A stretch of DNA of 64,000 nt from Eledone cirrhosa. Lineage: Eukaryota. The notes below the pieces were generated by a model. That model did no database searches. It had not been told where the DNA came from and saw nothing but the letters and a program-made list of their open reading frames with translations. Positions 9,857-20,200 of this stretch are shown one piece after another (the stretch's first letter is position 1; each line of letters starts with the position of its first letter). The DNA lies in contig OZ024743.1 of NCBI GenBank assembly GCA_964016885.1, forward strand, positions 36,270,001 to 36,334,000. Reading direction: 5' to 3'. Both the position numbers and the translations under genes were made by a program.

Positions 9857-10059
9857 GGACAAAATGAAAACACACACACACATAGAACAAACAACTTACA
9901 ATTGAAAACACACACAAAATGAAAACACACACAAGACAAAATGAAAGCACACACACACATAGAACAAACAACCAACCAACAATAAATAAATAAATAAACA
10001 AACAAATAGAAAAATATAAATAGAAAAATAGAAAAATGAACACAAACACACACAGACAC

Positions 10060-10115
10060 CCGGATGTGGCGCATGCGCAAACTGAGCACGCAACCCACAC
10101 ACAAACAAGATGGCG
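10060..10115 (+). promoter_or_regulatory. putative internal promoter of PLE2 terminal region (ETS, NRF1 and YY1-like motifs)
   Basis: CCGGATGT (10060-10067), GCGCATGCGC (10069-10078) and CAAGATGGCG (10106-10115) cluster in otherwise AT-rich sequence. Mirrored at about 6836-6891. Confidence 0.45.
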
Positions 10116-10161
10116 TAGGATAGAAGAAAGGAAAGGCACAGAAACGAAGAAAGAAATCCCC

Positions 10162-10206
10162 AGTCACTGAAGAGGTCACAGAGTGTTTGACGAAAGAACT
10201 ATAACT
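10162..10206 (+). ncRNA. minimal hammerhead-like motif (PLE2 right arm)
   Basis: AGTCA CTGAAGA G GTCACA-GAGTG-TTTGAC GAAA GAAC T A TAACT. One stem II mismatch relative to the left copy. Confidence 0.55.
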
Positions 10207-10421
10207 ATATATATATATAAACAACTATCTGGTTGTGGAACCAACCAACCAACCAGAAATTTATAAATTTGTAAATTTATAAATATATAATAAATTAAAT
10301 TGAAGTGAAAGCAACTGGTGCGTGTGTTTCTTATTGGCAACATGACCCTCCCAAAGTATAACAATATCGGTTTCAACACACGATTTCAGATAAAGAATCT
10401 TGCTAAACAAATTCAGAAACG

Positions 10422-10423
<2 letters not shown>

Positions 10424-10482
<59 letters not shown>

Positions 10483-10641
10483 CAATATCGGAGAAAGCTT
10501 TTTAGCGATACTCCGGCCAAAATCCAACTCACTCAACAAACATTAGGAAATAAGTGATTATATTCAAAATTATACGTTCGGGGTGCTAACTAAAAGTATT
10601 GCGTGGAAAATTGGGTGTATTATTTCATATGAGACATATCG

Positions 10642-10732
<91 letters not shown>

Positions 10733-10752
10733 AGTATATATATATATATATA
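10424..10752. repeat. (TA)n tracts (10424-10477, 10644-10752) separated by a short unique insert
   Basis: Directly visible. Confidence 0.9.
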
Positions 10753-11340
10753 GTAAAAAGAATAGAGGTGTAACACACAAGTTATTATATATTGGTAAAC
10801 GGAATAGAAAATGCTGACAAATTGTTCACAGTTGAAAAATGGTTTAATTAGGAATAAAAGAGTATTAGTGATTGTATGGGTTAGTATTCAGTTGTGGTTT
10901 TAAGTTTATAAGTTTTTACCGGTTGCGCATTTCTAAATGCTTTTCAAAAATAATTTTGAGATAGAGTGTCCGTGCTGTTTGCTCTGATATATATGCTAAA
11001 GAACACAAGAGCGTCTACAACATCAAAAGATTTTTATTGGCTTACAATGTTTCTTCCTTACGTAACCGTAGGATTCGTCAGAGCTATAAAAGGGGTTTGA
11101 TTGGTATTATGGACTCTACCAACCAAATATTCAAGAACAAAGAGTAAAGAGAGTAAAGAGCAAAAGTAGGGGATGATAAGTCTAATTTTGGTGCGGAAGG
11201 GTGGGGTGTGGGTCCTTGTTTACTAGCTGCGATCATATTCATTCCCGGGAGTCGAGTGGTTAGCTGAACCATAGATGGGGTGGCGTCGATAGTATGGTGC
11301 AGAGGGTGGGCAGAGGCTACACAAACACAAATGGCATACA
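10753..11340 (-). mobile_element. terminal-repeat region of a third Penelope-like element
   Basis: Bounded by (TA)n. Carries a canonical hammerhead (11033-11090) and a variant one (10912-10953) in tandem on the minus strand. 10788-10953 has a diverged inverted copy at 13428-13581. Confidence 0.55.
11033..11090 (-). ncRNA. type I hammerhead ribozyme motif
   Basis: Minus strand: TTTATAGCT CTGACGA aTCCTACG-GTTA-CGTAaGGAa GAAA CATTG T A AGCCAATAAA. Near-palindromic stem III ACATTGT, GUA cleavage triplet. Confidence 0.65.
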
Positions 11341-11420
11341 ATATATATATATATAACGGAGGAGAAAGTACATGAGGTAATTAGAAATGGAAAAAGAGTA
11401 ATAATGATAATGTATAATTA

Positions 11421-11560
11421 GTTGTTTCTACTTTAGGCACAAGGCCAGCAATTACCCAGTGCATTACTGGTACTTTATTTTATCGACCCCGTAAGGATGA
11501 AAGGCAAAGTCAACCTTGGCGGGATTTGAACTCAGATCATAAAGGGACGTAAGGCATGGG
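11421..11560 (-). mobile_element. SINE copy, 5'-truncated
   Basis: TTGTTTCTACTTTAGGCACAAGGCCAGCAATTACCCAGTGCATTACTGGTACTTTATTTTATCGACCCCGTAAGGATG, near-identical to 425-545. Confidence 0.85.
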
Positions 11561-11576
11561 GAAGATTACACTATAA

Positions 11577-12547
11577 TCTATATATATAAAACTGTGGTTG
11601 TCTGTCTGTCTATCGATTTTTGGCACACATCTCCTCTTAGAATCTCTCACGGAATTGCACCGAAATTGCTATACTTGTACATTGAGCCCTAGCGAAGACA
11701 TCGGAAAAAAAAAATTTCAAATTGACCCACCCTATGTGACGAAATCGAATATAATGTATCGATTTTTGAGCGTAAGTTATTAGTTATTTCCCTTTGTTCT
11801 GTTTACATTGAGCGTCTTACGTAAAACATTACGCTGGCTTTCTCAGCGTTTAAAATGACATTAACAGTTGTCGAGCCAGCAAAATATTGACCTGCAAAAT
11901 TCATCAGTTCGAACACTAAGCTTCCGTTTTGCTTCATTTCCATTTAAAAGCATTTTAAAACAATATTTTTACTTGAAAACAAGTCTATTTAAAGACTACG
12001 TAAAACAAGCAAATATTTCGTCGTTAGGCGTGCAGACAGACAGTCGTGCAGACAGACAGTCGTGCAGAGAGGTGATATACGCGTGCAGACAGATAGTCGT
12101 GCAGAGAGGTGATATAGGCGTGCAGACAGACAGTCGTGCAGAGAGGTGATATAGGCGTGCAGACAGACAGTCGTGCAGAGAGGTGATATAGGCGTGCAGA
12201 CAGACAGTCGTGCAGAGAGGTGATATAGGCGTGCAGACAGACATAACTGATAATTTGGTTACGCTAATGTTTTTCTCTGCGTTGCAGTGTTTACATTTTC
12301 GATCTTTGTTAATAAATAACCAGTGCAGTTTCTATCCCAGCATCCTCTTTTGTTATAACATTCGGGTTATCGTTATGTTTTCTTAACTTCATAAGGTATA
12401 TTGTTGGTTGAGGGAATATTAATCAAAAACACCACATGCAAGTCTGCACAGTAGACACTACAGTTTTTAAGCCAAGAAAGAAACTTAACATTGTAACTTT
12501 AACACAGCTACTGAGCGACCCCGAGCAACGCCGGGCTTTACTGCTAG
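11577..12547 (+). mobile_element. non-autonomous Helitron with canonical ends
   Basis: A|TC-TATATATAAAA...(GTCT)n at the 5' end; hairpin CCCGAGCAACGCCGGG (12520-12535) then CTAG|T at the 3' end. Inserted between A and T with no TSD. Confidence 0.85.
12025..12243. repeat. 37-bp minisatellite inside the Helitron
   Basis: Unit ATAGGCGTGCAGACAGACAGTCGTGCAGAGAGGTGAT starts at 12114, 12151 and 12188; about 5.5 copies. Confidence 0.92.
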
Positions 12548-12932
12548 TAAGGTATAAAAGTAAGAATAAGGTAAAATATAAAGGAGGATAAAAGTGGAAA
12601 TAATAAAGATAAAAAATATATATGTAAAAAATATATAGAGAATATTTAAAGAAATATAAGCGAATAATTGGAGGGGAAAACACAATGTAAAAAAACCTAT
12701 TTTTTCAAATAAAAATAAAAATATTATAATTATGGGGGGAGAAAACGGGATAGAGAAATATGATCAAGTGTGATTAGTTGAGAGAATATAAGATGATAAT
12801 AGTTATGTCAAGTATATATATATGAGTTTTTTTAAGAATATTTATTTGGTTCCTTTAGGTTTCGCACTTATTGTGCTTTTCAAAAGTAGAATTGAGATGG
12901 AGGGTTTGTGGTTTTCATATATATATATATAT

Positions 12933-13148
<216 letters not shown>

Positions 13149-13385
13149 AGTATTGGTGCTCTGAAATAGCGATGTATTCATGAATGTATGTATAGGATAT
13201 TTGGCAATATACTGTATGTTTCAATTAACCGTCTCCAAATGATCCGGCTAGATCTTCAAACGAGACCAACCAAGATTATGGATGTTATCCAACTATTTTG
13301 CTCGTGGTGTACTTCGTGTTCTCTGCCGGTTGTTCTTACCTGTAAAATCTGTCCTGCGATTAGAGAAGGTGTTTAATAGCTAATA

Positions 13386-13427
<42 letters not shown>

Positions 13428-13429
<2 letters not shown>

Positions 13430-13576
13430 ATTTTTGAAAAGCATTAGAAATGCGCAACCGGTAAAACTTAAAACCAAAACTGAATACTAACCAATACTAT
13501 TACTAATTTTTACTTATTCCTAAGTAAACTATTTTTCACTGGGAACAATTTGTCAGCATTTTTTTTCCTTTTACCA

Positions 13577-13581
<5 letters not shown>
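13428..13581 (+). mobile_element. diverged inverted copy of 10788-10953 (PLE3-type terminal fragment)
   Basis: TTTTTGAAAAGCATTAGAAATGCGCAACCGGTAAAACTTAAAACC...AACAATTTGTCAGCATTTT...TTTACCAATATA matches the reverse complement of 10788-10953; lies between TA tracts. Confidence 0.7.
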
Positions 13582-13638
<57 letters not shown>

Positions 13639-14264
13639 TATTTGGCAATACACTGTATGTTTGATTAAAATATTTTGAAGACCATTCGCTATGAGCTTTA
13701 AAGTAGTGACTATGTCACTTACTTATTTTCAGCATTGATTTTGCTGAGAATAAGTAAGTAAACAACCTTGCCCGGACATGTGCCTCGGAGGGGGAAACTT
13801 TCTAGGCATAAATCCCATGGTTATTCGCGATGGGTATATTTACACTTACATACATATTTATATATACACGTGTGACCAGTCTGGAGTACAGTATGCTGTT
13901 AGCCAGTATGTTATAGGCTTATTTTGTAGGTCTCTGGTGTTTCTGTTTCGGTGTATTAATGTAGTTTCTCCAAACAGGATTTGATCCTGGTCTGTTTATA
14001 ACTTTACTGGCTGCTGCTACTATATACCAAAGAGCTTTGTTCAGTTGCTTCAGCTAGAAATTAGGGTCTATTTAAATCCCAGGTGCTTCAGTTCTCAATG
14101 TGCTGATCATTTCCATGCTGTGGATATGCCATATATCTTTTATTCTTTCCTTCTCAGCCATTAAAAAAAGATATTTAACGTATTGGTTGTCTTTTCTTCC
14201 TATTCTCTGCCACTATGTCTGAGTATCCATTGCTGCTGGTCTTTTATGGTTATGTCTTATTCTA

Positions 14265-17200
14265 CCTTGTTAATGTTCCTCTACAGTCCTTGTTACTGTT
14301 CCTCTACAGTCCTTGTTAATGTTCCTCTACAGTCTTTGTTAATGTTCCTCTACAGTCCCAGTTAATGTTCCTCTACAGTCTCTGTTAATGTTCCTCTACA
14401 GTCTTTGTTAATGTTCCTGTACAGTCCTTGTTAATGTTCCTCTATAGTCCCAGTTAATGTTCCTCTACAGTCTTTGTTAATGTTCCTCTACAGTCTTTGT
14501 TAATGTTCCTCTACAGTCTTTGTTAATGCTCCTCTACAGTCTTTGTTAATGTTCGTCTACAGTCCTTGTTAATGTTCCTCTACAGTCTTTGTTAATGTTC
14601 CTCTACAGTCTTTGTTAATGTTCCTGTACAGTCCTTGTTAATGTTCCTCTATAGTCCCAGTTAATGTTCCCCTACAGTCTTTGTTAATGTTCCCCTACAG
14701 TCTTTGTTAATGTTCCTCTACAGTCTTTGTTAATGTTCCTCTAGAGTCCCAGTTAATGTTCCCCTACAGTCTTTGTTAATGTTCCTCTACAGTCCTTGTT
14801 AATGTTCCTCTACAGTCTTTGTTAATGTTCCTGTACAGTCCTTGTTAATGTTCCTCTATAGTCCCAGTTAATGTTCCTCTACAGTCTTTGTTAATGTTCC
14901 TCTACAGTCTTTGTTAATGTTCCTCTACAGTCTTTGTTAATGCTCCTCTACAGTCTTTGTTAATGTTCCTCTACAGTCCCAGTTAATGTTCTTCTACAGT
15001 CTTTTTTAATGTTCCTCTATAGTCCCAGTTAATGTTCCTCTACAGTCCTTGTTAATGTTCCTCTACAGTCTTTGTTAATGTTCCTCTACAGTCCTTGTTA
15101 ATGTTCCTCTATAGTCCCAGTTAATGTTCCTCTACAGTCTTTGTTAATGTTCCTCTACAGTCTTTGTTAATGTTCCTCTACAGTCCGAGTTAATGTTCCT
15201 CTACAGTCTTTGTTAATGTTCCTCTACAGTCTTTGTTAATGTTCCTGTACGGTTCGTGTTAATGTTCCTCTATAGTCCCAGTTAATGTTCCTCTACAGTC
15301 CTTGTTAATGTTCCTCTACAGTCTTTGTTAATGTTCCTGTACAGTCCTTGATAATGTTCCTCTATAGTCCCAGTTAATGTTCCTCTACAGTCCTTGTTAA
15401 TGTTCCTCTACAGTCTTTGTTAATGTTCCTGTACAGTCCTTGATAATGTTCCTCTATAGTCCCAGTTAATGTTCCTCTACAGTCCTTGTTAATGTTCCTC
15501 TACAGTCTTTGTTAATGTTCCTGTACAGTCCTTGTTAATGTTCCTCTATAGTCCCAGTTAATGTTCCCCTACAGTCCTTATTAATGTTCCTCTACAGTCT
15601 TTGTTAATGTTCCTCTACAGTCTTTGTTAATGTTCCTCTATAGTCCCAGATAATGGTCCCCTACAGTCTTTGTTAATGTTCCTCTACAGTCCTTGTTAAA
15701 GTTCCTCTACAGTCCCAGTTAATGTTCCTCTACAGTCCTTGTTAATGTTCCTCTACAGTCTTTGTTAATGTTCCTCTATAGTCCCAGTTAATGTTCCCCT
15801 ACAGTCTTTGTTAATGTTCCCCTACAGTCTTTGTTAATGTTTCTCTACAGTCTTTGTTAATGTTCCTCTATAGTCCCAGTTAATGGTCCCCTACAATCTT
15901 TGTTAATGTTCCTCTACAGTCCTTGTTAATGTTCCTCTACAGTCCCAGTTAATGTTCCTCTACAGTCCGAGTTAATGTTCCTCTACAGTCTTTGTTAATG
16001 TTCCTCTACAGTCTTTGTTAATGTTCCTCTACAGTCCTTGTTAATGTTCCTCTATAGTCCCAGTTAATGTCCCTCTACAGTCCTTGTTAATGTTCCTCTA
16101 CAGTCTTTGTTAATGTTCCTCTACAGTCCTTGTTAATGTTCCTCTATAGTCCCAGTTAATGTTCCTCTACAGTCTCTGTTAATGTTTCTCTACAGTCTTT
16201 GTTAATGTTCCTGTACAGTCCTTGTTAATGTTCCTCTATAGTCCCAGTTAATGTTCCCCTACAGTCCTTATTAATGTTCCTCTACAGTCTTTGTTAATAT
16301 TCCTCTACAGTCTTTGTTAATGTTCCTCTACAGTCCTTGTTAATGTTCCTCTACTGTCCCAGTTAATGTTCCTCTACAGTCCTTGTTAATGTTCCTCTAC
16401 AGTCTTTGCTAATGTTCCTCTATAGTCCCAGTTAATGTCCCTCTACAGTCCTTGTTAATGTTCCTCTACAGTCTTTGTTAATGTTCCTCTACAGTCCTTG
16501 TTAATGTTCCTCTATAGTCCCAGTTAATGTTCCTCTACAGTCTTTGTTAATGTTTCTCTACAGTCTTTGTTAATGTTCCTGTACAGTCCTTGTTAATGTT
16601 CCTCTATAGTCCCAGTTAATGTTCCCCTACAGTCCTTATTAATGTTCCTCTACAGTCCTTGTTAATGTTCCTCTATAGTCCCAGTTAATGTTCCTCTACA
16701 GTCTTTGTTAATGTTTCTCTACAGTCTTTGTTAATGTTCATCTACAGTCCGAGTTAATGTTCCTCTACAGTCTTTGTTAATGTTCCTCTACAGTCTTTGT
16801 TAATGTTCCTGTACAGTTCTTGTTAATGTTCCTCTATAGTCCCAGTTAATGTTCCTCTACAGTCCTTGTTAATGTTCCTCTACAGTCTTTGTTAATGTTC
16901 CTGTACAGTCCTTGATAATGATCCTCTATAGTCCCAGTTAATGTTCTTCTACAGTCTTTGTTAATGTTCCTGTACAGTCCTTGTTAATGTTCCTCTATAG
17001 TCCCAGTTAATGTTCCTCTACAGTCCTTGTTAATGTTCCTCTACAGTCTTTGTTAATGTTCCTGTACAGTCCTTGGTCATGTTCCTCTATAGTCCCAGTT
17101 AATGTTCCTCTACAGTGTTTGTTAATGTTCCTCTACGGTCTTTGTTAATGTTCCTGTACAGTCCTTGTTAATGTTCCTCTATAGTCCCAGTTAATGTTAC

Positions 17201-20200
17201 CCTACAGTCCTTATTAATGTTCCTCTACACTCTTTGTTAATATTCCTCTACAGTCTTTGTTAATGTTCCTCTACAGTCCTTGTTAATGTTCCTCTACTGT
17301 CCCAGTTAATGTTCCTCTACAGTCCTTGTTAATGTTCCTCTACAGTCTTTGCTAATGTTCCTCTATAGTCCCAGTTAATGTTCCCCTACAGTCTTTGTTA
17401 ATGTTCCCCTACAGTCTTTGTTAATGTTCCTCTACAGTCTTTGTTAATGTTCCTCTATAGTCCCAGTTAATGTTCCCCTACAGTCTTTGTTAATGTTCCT
17501 CTACAGTCCTTGTTAATGTTCCTCTACAGTCCTTGTTAATGTTCCTCTACAGTCCTTGTTAATGTTCCTCTACAGTCTTTGATAATGTTCCTCTATAGTC
17601 CCAGTTAATGTTCCCCTACAGTCTTTGTTTATGTTCCTCCACAGTCCTTGTTAATGTTCCTCTACAGTCCCAGTTAATAATCCTCTACAGTCCTTATTAA
17701 TGTTCCTCTACAATCCTTGTTAATGTTCCTCAACAGTGCTTGTTAATGATCCTCTACAGTCTTTGTTAATGTTCCTCTACAGTCTTTGTTAAGGTTCCTC
17801 TACAGTCTTTGTTAATGTTCCTCTACAGTCCCAGTTAATAATCCTCTACAGTCCTTATTAATGTTCCTCTACAGTCCTTGTTAATGTTCCTCTACAGTCT
17901 TTGTTAATGTTCCTCTACAGTCCCAGTTAATAATCCTCTACATTCCTTATTAATGTTCCTCTACAGTCCTTGTTAATGTTCCTCTACAGTCCTTGTTAAT
18001 GTTCCTGTACAGTCCTTGTTAATGTTCCTCTACAGTCTTTGTTAATGTTCCTCTACAGTCTTTGTTAATATTCTTCGACAGTCTTTGTTAATGTTCCCCT
18101 ACAGTCTTTGTTAATGTTCCCCTACAGTCTTTGTTAATATACCTCTACAGTCTTTGGTAATGTTCCTCTACAGTCTTTGTTAATGTTCCTCTACAGTCTG
18201 TGTTAATGTTCCTCTACAGTCTTTGTTAATGTTCCCCTACAGTCTTTGTTAATATACCTCTACAGTCTTTGTTAATGTTCCTCTACAGTCTTTGTTAATG
18301 TTCCTCTACAGTCTTTGTTAATGTTCGTCTACAATCTTTGTTAATATACCTCTACAGTCTTTGTTAATGTTCCTCTACAGCCCTTGTTAATGTTCCTCTA
18401 CAGTCTTTGTTAATGTTCCTCTACAGTCTTTGTTAATGTTCCTCTACAGTCTTTGTTAATGTTCCTCCTCAGTCATTGTTAATGTTCCTCTACAGTCTTT
18501 GTTAATGTTCCTCTACAATCTATGTTAATGTACCTCTACAGTCTTTGTTAATGTTCCTCTACAGTCTTTGTTAATGTTTCCCTACAGTCTTTGTTAATGT
18601 TCCTCTACAGTCCCAGTTAATGATCCTCTACTATCCTTGTTAATGTTCCTCTACAGTCATTGTTACTGTTCCTCTACAGTCTTTGTTAATGTTCCTCTAC
18701 AATCTATGTTAATGTACCTCTACAGTCTTTGTTAATGTTCCTCTACAGTCTTTGTTAATGTTCCTCTACAGACTTTGTTAATGTTCCTCTACAGTCTTTG
18801 TTAATGTTCCTCTACAGTCTTTGTTAATGTTCCTCTACAGTCATTGTTACTGTTCCTCTACAGTCTTTGTTAATGTTCCTCTACAGTCCTTGAGAATGTT
18901 CTTCTACAGTCTTTGATAATGTTCCTCTACAGTCCTTGTTAATGTTCCTCTACAGTCCTTGTTAATGTTCTTCTACAGTCTTTGTTAATGTTCCTCTACA
19001 GTCCTTGAGAATGTTCTTCTACAGTCTTTGATAATGTTCCTCTACAGTCCTTGTTAATGTTCCTCTACAGTCCTTGAGAATGTTCCTCTACAGTCTTTGT
19101 TAATGTTCCTCTACAGTCTTTGTTAATGTTCCTGTACAGTCCTTGATAATGTTCCTCTATAGTCCCAGTTAATGTTCCTCTACAGTCCTTGTTAATGTTC
19201 CTCTACAGTCTTTGTTAATGTTCCTGTACAGTCCTTGTTAATGTTCCTCTATAGTCCCAGTTAATGTTCCCCTACAGTCCTTATTAATGTTCCTCTACAC
19301 TCTTTGATATATATTCCTCTACAGTCTTTGTTAATGTTCCTCTACAGACTTTGTTAATGTTCCTCTATAGTCCCAGTTAATGTACCCCTACAGTCTTTGT
19401 TAATGTTCCCCTACAGTCTTTGTTAATGTTCCTCTACAGTCTTTGTTAATGTTCCTCTATAGTCCCAGTGAATGTTCCCCTACAGTCTTTGTTAATGTTC
19501 CTCTACAGTCCTTGTTAATGTTCCTCTACAGTCTTTGTTAACGTTCCTCTACAGTCCCAGTTAATGTTCTTCTACAGTCTTTTTTAATGTTCCTCTATAG
19601 TCCCAGTTAATGTTCCTCTACAGTCCTTGTTAATGTTCCTCTGCAGTCTTTGTTAATGTTCCTCTACAGTCCTTGTTAATGTTCCTCTACAGTCCGAGTT
19701 AATGTTCCTCTACAGTCTTTGTTAATGTTCCTGTACAGTTCTTGTTAATGTTCCTCTATAGTCCCAGTTAATGTTCCTCTACAGTCCTTGTTAATGTTCC
19801 TCTACAGTCTTTGTTAATGTTCCTGTACAGTCCTTGATAATGTACCTCTATAGTCCCAGTTAATGTTCCTCTACAGTCTTTGTTAATGTTCCTGTACAGT
19901 CATTGTTAATGTTCCTCTATAGTCCCAGTTAATGTTCCTCTACAGTCTTTGTTAATGTTCCTGTACAGTCCTTGTTAACGTTCCTCTATAGTCCCAGTTA
20001 ATGTTCCTCTACAGTGTTTGTCAAAGTTCCTCTACAGTCTTTGTTAATGTTCCTGTACAGTCCTTGTTAATGTTCCTCTATAGTCCCAGTTAATGTTCCC
20101 CTACAGTCCTTATTAATGTTCCTCTACACTCTTTGTTAATATTCCTCTACAGTCCTTGTTAATGTTCCTCAACAGTCCTTGTTAATGTTCCTCTACAGTC

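Noticed and set aside
13765-13840. Possible structured RNA or repeat tail (CCTTGCCCGGACATGTGCCTCGGAGGGGGAAACTTTCTAGG...)
   Set aside because: It looks like a dispersed-repeat fragment, but there is no second copy in the window and I could not establish a convincing fold.
14183-14365. ORFs LLMFLYS... (also 59719-59910)
   Set aside because: Chance loss of the periodic TAA stop in satellite monomers.
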